Position numbers and translations under genes: made by a program
Shown: positions 27,945-37,389 of the stretch, one piece after another
Numbering within the stretch: position 1 is the stretch's first letter
How the letters are laid out: the number at the start of each line of letters is the position of its first letter
NCBI GenBank assembly: GCA_963751345.1
Contig: CAVVUS010000018.1
Location: 289,366-353,365 of the forward strand
Origin: an uncultured Chloroflexia bacterium
GTDB taxonomy: Bacteria; Chloroflexota; Anaerolineae; B4-G1; SLSP01
Length of the DNA: 64,000 bases
Direction: 5' to 3'
The notes under the pieces: generated by a model
Databases searched by the model: none
What the model was told of the DNA's origin: nothing
Seen by the model: the letters and a program-made list of their open reading frames with translations, nothing else

Positions 27945-30900
27945 ATGAGCGACTATCTTTTCCCTGATTCACTTTCAGTTCTGGATCCCGAACTCGCGGA
28001 TCTTATCGGTTATGAGACCGAGCGACAGGCTCGCAAGCTGATCATGATCCCTTCGGAGTCTATCGCGCCTGTGGCGGTTCACCAAGCCCTCGCGTCGTCC
28101 TATTCGCACCTCTATGCCGAGGGATATCCAGACGATCGGACACGCACGATGACGGAGGCGGAGATCCTGGACTACGCGTCGGAACTGGGCCACTACCGGC
28201 GCTATGCGGATCCCCGCTACTACAAAGGCGTGGAATATGCGGACGTCCTGGAATCCCTGGCGCGTCGCAGGATAGCAGAGCTTTTCGCTACCAAGACCAT
28301 GCCTGCGAATAAGCTGTATGTCAACGTCCAGCCGCTCTCGGGCGCGCCGGCCAACACCGCGGCCGAGTATGCCCTGATGTCACCCGGCGACACCCTTATG
28401 TCGATGGCGCTTCACGTGGGCGGGCACCTCAGTCACGGGAGCAAGGTGGCATATTCCGGGAAGACGTTCAACGTCGTGCATTACAGCGTCGACGACAAGA
28501 CAGAACTCCTCGACTATGACGCCATTCGCGATCTTGCATTACAGACACGTCCGAAGATGATCATTGCCGGGTACACATCCTACCCGTGGGCCCCTGACTG
28601 GCAGAAGTTCCGCGCGATTGCCGACGAGGTGGGCGCTTATCTGCTGGCCGACATCGCTCACGTGGCCGGGCTGACCGTGGCGGGGGTCTACCCGAATCCG
28701 GTTGGCATCGCCGACGTTGTCACCTTCACCACCCACAAGACCTTCAACGGCCCGCGCGGCGCTGTCATCCTCACACACAAATCGCTCCTCGCAAACAACA
28801 TCGACCGCGCGGTCTTCCCTGGCTTCCAGGGTGGCCCGCATATGGAGGCCATCGCCGGGATCGCCGCGGCCGCAAAGCTGGCGACGACCGATAAGTTTCG
28901 CGAGCTTCAGCGCCAAACGGTGGCAAACGCTGTGGGGCTGGCGGAGGCGCTGGCTACCGAGGGTGTCCGTGTCGCCTATGGTGGCACCGACACGCATATG
29001 GTGTTGATCGACTGCAAGACGGTGCAGGGCCCTTACGATACGCCACTGATGGGTGACCCGGCCGTCCGGATTCTGGACATCGCGGGGATCGTCGCCAACC
29101 GTAACACGATCCCGGGTGATTCGACGGCCCTTTACCCCTCGGGCATTCGCCTGGGCACGCCCTGGGTGACCCAGCGTGGGCTGGACACCGGCGACATGGG
29201 AGAGATTGCCGGCATTATCGCCTCCCTGCTCAACGCCATGACGCCCTACGTCCTGGAAAAGCGCCGCCCCAAGTACGACTATCGTGCCCGGGTGGACTTC
29301 GACGTTTTGGAGCAGGCCAAGCTCAGGGTCGCGGCGCTGGCAGCCAAAGCCGGCGATCCCTATGAGGTGGCGCTCTCGACCGGGTATCCTCATTTCTACT
29401 TCGTCAACGATGCCCCGAAGGGCAGCTCCGCATACGAGCGGCTGGCCCTGGAGGGGCGGCTGGTGAAACCCTTCGTCGACTGGTTGACCCCTTCGGATAC
29501 GGCGGCCATGGCGGACGGCACGTCGCGCCTGGTGACGCTTCTGGAGGCTGATGGCAAGGTGATGGCTGCCGGACTGCTGACGCGGGTCGACGAGCTGACG
29601 ATGTATCTGGACGTTCCGACCGAGCGGGCATCGCGGGTGATGACGTGGCTGCGCGCGCTCGTGGATGGCTACGTCGCCACCGATGACGCCTATGGGCGGC
29701 TCACCTTCCTGGATGCGGTTCGCGACCTGGGGGAGGCCCCCGCGCCGACCGAGCCAATCGTCGTCGAAGATGGCCCCTACGCAAAACCCTACTTCATCGG
29801 CGCGTGGTCCCACAAGGAGCCGGCGGGGCCTGCGCTGCCGAGGTTCGAGTGGCAGGAGCCGGAGGACGCCCCGCTCCAAAGGACACTCCTCAACGCGACG
29901 CATCGCGAGATGGGGGCGCGGATGGTGCCCTTTGGAGGCTGGGATATGCCGGTTTGGTATACTGCTAACCTCGACGAGCATAGAGCCGTCCGCGAGGCAG
30001 CCGGGCTGTTTGACGTAAGCCACATGGGGTGCTGGGACATCCGCGGCCCTGAGGCGGCAGCGTTCCTCAATATGATCATGGTCAACGACGTTTATCTGTT
30101 GGAGGTCGGGGAATCGCAGTACACGGCCCTGTTCGACGTGGACGGCCTTCCGATGGATGACCTGCTCGTTTACCGCATCGGGGAAGACCACTACCTGGTG
30201 GTGGTGAATGCGGCGAACAATGACAAAGATTGGGCATGGGTCAGCGCGGTGCACCGGGGCGAGGTGATGATCGATCCGAGCCGCCCGTGGGTGCGATGGG
30301 AAGCACCGTCAGGGGCTGCTGTCCTGCGGGATTTGCGCGTGCCGGAGGCTGGCGATGATCGCCGCCACGAGCTTGCGCTTCAGGGGCCAAAGGCCAGGGA
30401 CATCCTGTTGGCGCTCGGTGGCAGCAACGAAGACCTGGCAAAGATCAAGAAGCTGCCCTGGGCGGGTGTGACCCGGGTGGTCCTCGGTGGGTTCGACCTT
30501 ATCGTTAGCCGTACCGGCTATACGGGCGAACGCGTGGCTTACGAGCTCTTCGTCCACCCGGATCGGCTTGTAGCGTTCTGGAAGAAGCTGTTGGAGGTGG
30601 GAGAGGGTTTCGGGCTGAAGCCCTGTGGGCTGGCGGCGCGGGACAGTCTACGGATGGAGGCGGGGCTGCCGCTCTACGGTCACGAAATGGCCGGACCGCT
30701 TGGTCTGACGATGGCGGAGGCCGGGTTTGGTACCTACCCGAAGATCTACAAGCCCTTCTTCGTGGGGCGCGAGGCCTACATCGCATTGGATGCCAAGCGC
30801 GACGCAGGGGTCGTGCGGTTCCGTGTGCCGGAGAAGGGGCAGCCGATGCCGCAGCAGTTGGACCCGGTAGTGGACGATCGGGGCCGTGTGGTGGGTAAGA

Positions 30901-31097
30901 TCACAAGCTGCAGCATCGACACAGAGGGGTATTTGCTGGGTCAAGCCTACGTGCGCGACGACTACAAGCGCTCCGGTACAGCGTTGGATGTGTTGGTGAC
31001 GCCACGTCGCGAACCCAAGCCGCAGCAGGCGCTCAAGATTGGCGACCGCGTCGCACTACCGGTAAGGATCGAGGTGCTCAGCCGCTTCCCGAAGTAA
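27945..31097 (+). CDS. glyA: Fused serine hydroxymethyltransferase / glycine cleavage T protein (GlyA-GcvT)
   Basis: SHMT motifs LIMIPSES, NVQPLSG, GGHLSHG, TTHKT (PLP Lys), FPGFQGGP; GcvT motifs MVPFGGWDMP, GLFDVSHMG, VVNAAN, ALQGP, SRTGYTGE, GLAARDSLRMEAG. Confidence 0.93.
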   Translation: MSDYLFPDSLSVLDPELADLIGYETERQARKLIMIPSESIAPVAVHQALASSYSHLYAEGYPDDRTRTMTEAEILDYASELGHYRRYADPRYYKGVEYADVLESLARRRIAELFATKTMPANKLYVNVQPLSGAPANTAAEYALMSPGDTLMSMALHVGGHLSHGSKVAYSGKTFNVVHYSVDDKTELLDYDAIRDLALQTRPKMIIAGYTSYPWAPDWQKFRAIADEVGAYLLADIAHVAGLTVAGVYPNPVGIADVVTFTTHKTFNGPRGAVILTHKSLLANNIDRAVFPGFQGGPHMEAIAGIAAAAKLATTDKFRELQRQTVANAVGLAEALATEGVRVAYGGTDTHMVLIDCKTVQGPYDTPLMGDPAVRILDIAGIVANRNTIPGDSTALYPSGIRLGTPWVTQRGLDTGDMGEIAGIIASLLNAMTPYVLEKRRPKYDYRARVDFDVLEQAKLRVAALAAKAGDPYEVALSTGYPHFYFVNDAPKGSSAYERLALEGRLVKPFVDWLTPSDTAAMADGTSRLVTLLEADGKVMAAGLLTRVDELTMYLDVPTERASRVMTWLRALVDGYVATDDAYGRLTFLDAVRDLGEAPAPTEPIVVEDGPYAKPYFIGAWSHKEPAGPALPRFEWQEPEDAPLQRTLLNATHREMGARMVPFGGWDMPVWYTANLDEHRAVREAAGLFDVSHMGCWDIRGPEAAAFLNMIMVNDVYLLEVGESQYTALFDVDGLPMDDLLVYRIGEDHYLVVVNAANNDKDWAWVSAVHRGEVMIDPSRPWVRWEAPSGAAVLRDLRVPEAGDDRRHELALQGPKARDILLALGGSNEDLAKIKKLPWAGVTRVVLGGFDLIVSRTGYTGERVAYELFVHPDRLVAFWKKLLEVGEGFGLKPCGLAARDSLRMEAGLPLYGHEMAGPLGLTMAEAGFGTYPKIYKPFFVGREAYIALDAKRDAGVVRFRVPEKGQPMPQQLDPVVDDRGRVVGKITSCSIDTEGYLLGQAYVRDDYKRSGTALDVLVTPRREPKPQQALKIGDRVALPVRIEVLSRFPK

Positions 31098-31110
31098 GTA
31101 CAATGAGAAC

Positions 31111-31172
31111 CTTCCGGGAAGCTCAACGCCAGGCGCAGCTTCCCGGAAGACCGAGGCGTAGCTTTCCGGAGG
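31111..31172. repeat. Intergenic palindromic repeat cluster
   Basis: CTTCCGGGAAGCT...AGCTTCCCGGAAG inverted pair plus a third degenerate copy AGCTTTCCGGAGG. Confidence 0.65.
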
Positions 31173-31252
31173 ATGGATCGCTGCTTTTGCGCTACCGGTG
31201 CATTGGAATAGACTGCGGGGAATCCATCGGGGCTCATCTCCAGGGGGGATTC

Positions 31253-32236
31253 ATGAGGGTCTTTGTTGCTGGTGGAGCCGGGTATATCGGTAGCATCGTT
31301 ACAGAGCAGCTTCTCAAGGCAGGCCACGAGGTTACCGTCTACGATAGCCTGATCAAGGGATATCGGAAGGCTGTCCCGGCACAGGCCCGGTTTGTCCAGG
31401 GCGATGTCCTCGACCGGCAGATGCTGGATGCAGTATTGGGGGCCGACCGATACGACGCGATCCTCCACTTTGCCGCCTTCATTGAGGCGGGCGTATCGAT
31501 GCGCAACCCCGGTAGTTTCTTTCGGAACAACGTCATGGGCAGCATGACCCTGATCGAAGCCGCGGTGGCCCACGACGTTGCTAAGTTCGTCTTCTCGTCC
31601 AGCGCCGGCGTCTATGCCAGTAAGGACACCCCACTGACTGAGGACGACCCGATCTGTCCGGTGAATGTCTACGGTCATACCAAGCGGATGATCGAGGAGA
31701 CGCTGATCTGGTACAATAAGATCCACGGGCTCCGGTTTGCGGCCCTGCGTTACTTCAATGCGGCGGGGGCCACGCCTCCGGCACGGGGAGAGGCACACAG
31801 ACCCGAGACGCATCTGATCCCCTTGGTGTTACAGGTGCCGTTGGGCCAGCGAGATCACGTCTACGTCTATGGCGCCGACTACCCGACCCCAGACGGCACG
31901 TGTATCCGCGACTACGTTCATGTTCTTGATCTTTCCCAAGCTCATATCCTCGCCCTGGGAGCATTGGACGATCATCCTTCCCTTATATGTAACCTCGGGA
32001 ATGGGGAGGGCTATTCCGTGAGACAGGTGATTGAGACCGCACGCGAGGTGACCGGCCATCCGATCCCCGAACAAGTGGTCGCGCGCCGGCCCGGCGACGG
32101 ACCCATCCTGGTAGCAGATGCGACGTTCGCGTGCCAGGTTCTGGGATGGGCGCCGCAGATGCCCGATCTTCACGACATTATCTCCAGTGCGTGGATGTGG
32201 CATCAGACGCATCCCAGGGGATATGGTGCGGACTGA
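31253..32236 (+). CDS. galE: UDP-glucose 4-epimerase
   Basis: GGAGYIGS, HFAA, FSSSA, YGHTK, LRYFNAAGA, ETHLIP, DYPTPDGTCIRDYVHV. Confidence 0.95.
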   Translation: MRVFVAGGAGYIGSIVTEQLLKAGHEVTVYDSLIKGYRKAVPAQARFVQGDVLDRQMLDAVLGADRYDAILHFAAFIEAGVSMRNPGSFFRNNVMGSMTLIEAAVAHDVAKFVFSSSAGVYASKDTPLTEDDPICPVNVYGHTKRMIEETLIWYNKIHGLRFAALRYFNAAGATPPARGEAHRPETHLIPLVLQVPLGQRDHVYVYGADYPTPDGTCIRDYVHVLDLSQAHILALGALDDHPSLICNLGNGEGYSVRQVIETAREVTGHPIPEQVVARRPGDGPILVADATFACQVLGWAPQMPDLHDIISSAWMWHQTHPRGYGAD

Positions 32237-34120
32237 AGGGAACTGTTCAACCTTCGCAAGGTCTCAGAAACCTTGCGAAGGTTTTTCTCGCGTTGCTGGT
32301 AGCCGGCGCGGGTGTCTTGGCTTTATTCTCGTCTGCTGAGGCAAAGGGTCGCTATGTTGAAGGTCTTGCGGACGCCCAGCCCCCGCCCGACGTGGCCTCC
32401 TACGTCATCGACGCCCGTTACGATCCCGTCGCGCACGTCATTACCGGCACACAGACGGCCACCTACGTCAACCGTACCCAGGACGCCATCCCTGACCTGG
32501 TCTTTCACCTCTACTTGAACGCGTTCCGCAACGAGGGAACGCTCTGGATGCAGGAGTCCGGTACCTCGTCACGAGGGTTCCAGTTCGACGCCAATAATCC
32601 CGGCTCGATCACGGTGGATGCGATCCAACTTGCGGATGGAACGGCCCTCACCCTTGAGAGTGTCGATGCTGACCAGACGCTAGTTCGCGCTGTCCTGCCG
32701 GAACCGGTGGCACCGGGTGAGGATGTCACCGTCGAGATGACCTTTACTGCGCTGTTTCCCAAGGTCTTTGCTCGCACGGGATGGGCGGATGGTGGAGACT
32801 TCGTGATGGCGGGACAGTGGTTCCCCAAGTTCGGCGTTTGGCAGGATGGCGCCTGGAATGCCTACCCCTTCCACGCGAACAGCGAGTTCTACGCTGACTT
32901 CGGCTCCTACGAGGTCGGGTTGACCCTGCCGCAAGGCTGGGTCGTCGGGACCGTGGGGACCGCGGTCGACGATGCTGCTGATCAATGCAGACGGCACCGC
33001 GACACGGCACTTCCACGCCGAGCATGTCATTGACTTCGCCTGGGGGGCATCCCCTCACTTTCGCATCCGGTCGAAAACCGTCGACGGGGTCCGGGTGGAG
33101 GTCTTGCACTATCCTGACGCGCGGGTGGCCTCTCGCAGGGTGATGCGGGCCACGGTCGATACCCTCCCGTTGTACGGCGACTGGTACGGGCCATATGGTG
33201 GTGGCCTCTACCCTGAGCTGACCGTCATTCTTGTGCCGAGCGGCGCCGGAGGTGCGGGGGGGATGGAGTATCCCTCGCTCTTCACCGTCGGGGCGACGGT
33301 TACCCATTCCGACCCTGCCTATCTGCGTCTGTTGGAGGTCGAGACGGTCCACGAGTTGGCCCACCAGTGGTTTCAATCGCTGGTCGCCACCAACGAGGCC
33401 GAGGAGCCCTGGCTGGATGAGGGGTTTGCGGAGTACAGCTCGCTTCGCGCTATGGATGCCCTCTATGGAGGGGCCCTCTCGAACTGGGGGCGCTGGACGC
33501 TCTCTTATCTGTCGGTCGACAGATCTGAGTACGTCTCAGCTCCAGACACCACGATGGCTGGTACGGCCTGGAGCTTCGGGAACGCCTACGGCATCGCAGC
33601 CTATGCCAAGCCGGCGCTTTCATTGACGATGCTCCAGCGCCGAGTGGGCGACGCCGCGATGGTCGACTTTTTGGGCACCTATGCCCGGCGGTTCGCCTTC
33701 GCGCACCCCTCTGCGGACGATCTGCGCGGCGTGATGGCCGAGACGTTAGGCGATGACATTGCGACCTGGTTCTTTGACGAACTCGTCGACAGCCGGTCGA
33801 CCTTGGATGCGCGGGCCGCGGATGCGAAGACGGGTGTATTCGATCCGGTTCGGGAGGGTCGGCTCTGTCTTCCCGAGACGGTGCGGGTCACAGAGGGGCA
33901 GCAGGTGCTTGAACCGGTTTGGCCCTGCGACGGCGCGTTTCCGACCGAGCTGACGTCCGCAACGTCTGTAGAGATCGACCCGGACCTTGTCGCCGTCCTG
34001 GACCTCGACCTGGTCAACAACGGCCTGGATCGCCGGCCCGATAACGCTGCGTGGCTGGGGACAACGGTCCGGCTGGCGCAGCTCTTGCAGGGTCTCTTCC
34101 GCGGGGTGGGGTCGTGGTAA
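32233..34120 (+). CDS. Exported M1-family (gluzincin) aminopeptidase, +1 frameshift near 32975; start uncertain
   Basis: Signal-like FLALLVAGAGVLALFSSAEA, FHLYLNAF, QWFPK, EFYADFG; after the shift DFAW, GGMEYP, HELAHQWF...NEAEEPWLDEG. Confidence 0.85.
32249..32283. repeat. REP-like palindrome AACCTTCGCAAGGT-N-AACCTTGCGAAGGTT
   Basis: Same unit at 57141-57175 and partially at 10488-10551. Confidence 0.75.
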
Positions 34121-35019
34121 GCGTGGTCAAGGGCGGAGCGGGCCGGTACGGCAGGCTGCGGCGCGTCGTGACGCGACCGCTTCCATGGGTGCTGCGCTAT
34201 CTTATCAGCACGCTGCCGGCGTTCTTACTGGCGCCGCTCATCATGCTTCCCTTGAGATCTCTCTTCCGATACCCGATTGTGGCCGAAGCACTGAAGACCG
34301 GATCCTTGGACTTGGTGCTGGAATTTCTCGACCACCCCCCAGCCGGAAGTCTGACGTCATCGACGCTGGTATGGGTGCTGCTCCTGGTCCCCCTTGCGTG
34401 GTTGCTGGTCCGGGCTGTCTGGTTGTGGACGGAGGGTGGGGTCCTGACCACGTATGCCCGAGAAGAGCGCATCACGGCCCGACGCTTCCTGCGGGCCTGT
34501 GCGTCGTGGTTCGGTCCCTTTGTTTTGCTCGGGCTACTCAGCGGGTTGGCCATTGGGTTGTTGGTCGGGACCACGGCGGGTATCGCGCTGGTGGTCAGTG
34601 CTGTGTGGCAGCCTCTCACCATGCCGGTTGTGGTGATGGGAGCGGTGTTCGTCGTTGCGTGCTGGGTCTGGGCTGAGCTTGCCAGGGTAGTGGCCGTGGT
34701 GCGCGGCGATCGTCACGTTCTCAGGGCGCTTGGCGTTGCCCTGAAGGTCGCCAGGCGCCGGTTTGTGCCCCTGATGGCGTTGGTCCTCGGTGTGCTCGTG
34801 GTGCGGGTGGGTCTCGCCGTGGGGGCGAATGCTCTGCTGTCCCGCCTCTCGTTTTCGTGGTGGCTGCCGGTGCTCGTCATTCAGCAAGGGGTCCAGATCT
34901 TGGCGGTGGGGCTGGCGCTCGCAAGGCGGGCAGGTCAGGCGGAGCTTACGCTGCGGACGATGCCGGAGGCCGAGTCTATCGGTGAAGCGGGGCTTGCCCA
35001 GCCCTCTCGGCGTAGCTGA
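34114..35019 (+). CDS. Multi-pass membrane protein of unknown function, coupled to the M1 peptidase
   Basis: About 6 hydrophobic segments; GTG start overlaps the peptidase stop. Confidence 0.72.
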   Translation: MVSVVKGGAGRYGRLRRVVTRPLPWVLRYLISTLPAFLLAPLIMLPLRSLFRYPIVAEALKTGSLDLVLEFLDHPPAGSLTSSTLVWVLLLVPLAWLLVRAVWLWTEGGVLTTYAREERITARRFLRACASWFGPFVLLGLLSGLAIGLLVGTTAGIALVVSAVWQPLTMPVVVMGAVFVVACWVWAELARVVAVVRGDRHVLRALGVALKVARRRFVPLMALVLGVLVVRVGLAVGANALLSRLSFSWWLPVLVIQQGVQILAVGLALARRAGQAELTLRTMPEAESIGEAGLAQPSRRS

Positions 35020-35024
35020 GGCGG

Positions 35025-35417
35025 ATGGCTGAACCCTTTCTTCTGCCGCTTGTGGAGATCCAGCCGAGCCAGCTCTACATCTGTACTGCCAAGCTGGCAA
35101 GCGTGCTCAAACAATGGGATCCCCCGCGCATCGAGATGCTCCGCCCGATCCCCGTCAAACGCCTCGACGGGCGCATCATCGCCACTGATGGCCACACGCG
35201 GGCATTCGCCGCTTACCAACGTGGCTTCACCGAGGTACCTGTGGTTTGGGATGAGGATGACCTCGATTGGGAGGCGTACCGGATCTGCGTGGATTGGTGC
35301 CTTGAAGAGGGCATCCGCACGGTGATGGATCTGGAGGGGCGGCTTCTGACGCCGGAAGACTACGAGGTCCTATGGCTGGGCCGCTGTCGCGAAATGCACG
35401 CGATGCTGGGCCGATGA
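35025..35417 (+). CDS. Small ParB/Srx N-terminal-like domain protein
   Basis: IQPSQLY, PIPVKRLDGRIIATDGHTRAFA (DGHxR motif). Confidence 0.72.
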   Translation: MAEPFLLPLVEIQPSQLYICTAKLASVLKQWDPPRIEMLRPIPVKRLDGRIIATDGHTRAFAAYQRGFTEVPVVWDEDDLDWEAYRICVDWCLEEGIRTVMDLEGRLLTPEDYEVLWLGRCREMHAMLGR

Positions 35418-35452
35418 CCCGAGGGATCCGAGTCGACCGTCAAAGTAACCCA

Positions 35453-36439
35453 TCACGAGGGCGCCGGCATCTCCGCCCCGCCGATCCTGATTTCGTACGG
35501 AGGCTGCATCAGCCGCTCCAGGTAGAGGCGATCCACTTTCCGTGTGGCCTGGATGGCACGGCGCTTGCGCAGCATCCGTGGGACGCCCAGGAGCCCCGCC
35601 GCGATGCCCCGCAACGTGGCTCTTGCGGCCTTGCCGCGCCAAGCTTTCACTGCGGCTCGGATGAGATCCCACTGGGCTGACGTCACATCTCGCCAGTGGT
35701 CGTGCCACATGTCGGCAGGATAGTTTTTGACGACGGTGAAGATGCGGTTCCTGCCGTCATAGAAGGAGGCTGTCGTTCCCCCGCCCGATGCCTTGAGTTT
35801 GTGGTAGACGATGGCGCGCGGCTCGAAGAGACAGCGCCATCCGGCAAGTTGTGCGCGCCACGCCAGATCGATGTCCTCGAAGGAGAAGAAGAAGTCTTCG
35901 TCCAGCAGCCCAATCTGGTCCAGCATGGTGGCACGGTAAGCGGCACTGCCACCGCAGGCGCTGAAGACGTAGGCCGCACGGTTGAACTGTCCTGCATCGG
36001 TGTGCCACACGCCGCGGTTGTGCGCCAAGCCGTCAGGCGTGACGTAGTCGCCGGCGGTGTGAAGGGTATCACGCCGGTCGAAGAGCAGCATCTTGGAGGC
36101 CACGATGCCGGCCTCGGGGTGGTCCGCGAAGGCCCGGACGACGGTCTCGATCCAGCCCGGATGGGTCTCGGTGTCGTTGTTGAGGAGGATGCGAATCTCG
36201 CCATCGGCCACGCGCAGGCCGGCGTTGCAGGCACCTGTGAACCCCAGGTTGGTCGGCTGGGCCAGCACGCGAACCTCGGGGTAGGCCTTGAGCAGGCGCA
36301 GCGATGCATCCTCAGAGGCATTGTCGACGACGATCACCTCGACATCGGCGTAGGTCTGGCGTCGCAGGCTGTCCAGGCAGACCGGCAGGTGGTGGGCGCC
36401 GTTCCAGTTGGGGATGATGACCGAAACGCGAGGATCCAA
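35453..36439 (-). CDS. Glycosyltransferase family 2 (rhamnosyltransferase-like)
   Basis: VSVIIPNWNG, VVDNASED, NLGFTGACN, LLNND, FFFSFEDIDL; follows rfbD. Confidence 0.92.
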   Translation of the reverse strand: MDPRVSVIIPNWNGAHHLPVCLDSLRRQTYADVEVIVVDNASEDASLRLLKAYPEVRVLAQPTNLGFTGACNAGLRVADGEIRILLNNDTETHPGWIETVVRAFADHPEAGIVASKMLLFDRRDTLHTAGDYVTPDGLAHNRGVWHTDAGQFNRAAYVFSACGGSAAYRATMLDQIGLLDEDFFFSFEDIDLAWRAQLAGWRCLFEPRAIVYHKLKASGGGTTASFYDGRNRIFTVVKNYPADMWHDHWRDVTSAQWDLIRAAVKAWRGKAARATLRGIAAGLLGVPRMLRKRRAIQATRKVDRLYLERLMQPPYEIRIGGAEMPAPS

Positions 36440-36441
36440 CG

Positions 36442-37284
36442 CTAATACCCGGCGGCCTCGATGAAGGCCGCGACGGCATCTTGCCACGGGCGGAGGCGGA
36501 CGCCGAGGGCGGCTGCAGCGGTATTGGCCAGAGGGGCATAGGCAGGTGGGGTGCTGGCCCGCTCGAACGCGTCCGACGTGATGGGTTCGACGGGGATGTC
36601 CGCGCGCCCACTCGCCTCCAGGAGTGCCCTGGCGAACTCGTGCCGCGAGGCGCCCCCTTCGTTCACTAAGTGGTAGATGCCATAGGCATGGGTGGTGATG
36701 AGACCGACCAGTGCTTCGGCCAGGTCACTCACGTAGGTCGGGCTGCCCACCTCGTCGGTGACGACCTTCAGGGCGCCGCGCTCATCGGCCAGTTCGATGA
36801 TGCGGTGGGGAAAGTTGCGTCCCTCGACCGCGTAGAGCCAGGCCGTGCGCACGATGTAGAAACGGGTCGACAGGTGTTCGGCATACCACTCGCCGGCGAG
36901 CTTCGATCGGCCATAAGCGTTGATGGGATGGCGCTGTGCCCACTCGTGGTAGGGTGTCGTGGCAGTGCCGTCAAAGACCTCGTTCGTGCTGATCTGCATA
37001 AACTCGGCGCCGGCGCTCGCAGCCGCCAGGGCCAGATTCTGCGCGCCCATGCCGTTCACGCGGTAGGCCAACTCAGGGTCCCTGGCGCAGCCATCGACGT
37101 TGGTCATCGCTGCGGAGTTGAGGACGAGGTCCGGCCTGAACGACGCCGTGAGATTCAGCATCGCGTCGCGATCCGTGATATCGTGGTCGGGCAGGTCAAC
37201 CCCCAGCACGACGTGGTCATCCTCCAACAGCGGCACCAACGTCCGACCCAATTGCCCCCGGTGACCGGCAAGCAGTATTCGCAT
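36442..37284 (-). CDS. rfbD: dTDP-4-dehydrorhamnose reductase
   Basis: GHRGQLG, AAMTNVD, ISTNEVFDG, PINAYGRSKLAGE, RTAWLY, DEVGSPT. Confidence 0.94.
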   Translation of the reverse strand: MRILLAGHRGQLGRTLVPLLEDDHVVLGVDLPDHDITDRDAMLNLTASFRPDLVLNSAAMTNVDGCARDPELAYRVNGMGAQNLALAAASAGAEFMQISTNEVFDGTATTPYHEWAQRHPINAYGRSKLAGEWYAEHLSTRFYIVRTAWLYAVEGRNFPHRIIELADERGALKVVTDEVGSPTYVSDLAEALVGLITTHAYGIYHLVNEGGASRHEFARALLEASGRADIPVEPITSDAFERASTPPAYAPLANTAAAALGVRLRPWQDAVAAFIEAAGY

Positions 37285-37389
37285 AGAAGCGAGCTCCTTC
37301 AAGAGGTTGCGCAAGACTTGGCTTGCACTCTACCACGGCCCGACGATTTGGCTATTCTCGCTGGATCATCGAGCGCTTCCGGTCACCCT

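Noticed and set aside
28539-30254. 571-aa - strand ORF (likewise 51593-53380 and 14830-16098)
   Set aside because: Antisense to well-supported genes, with R/H/G-rich shadow composition.
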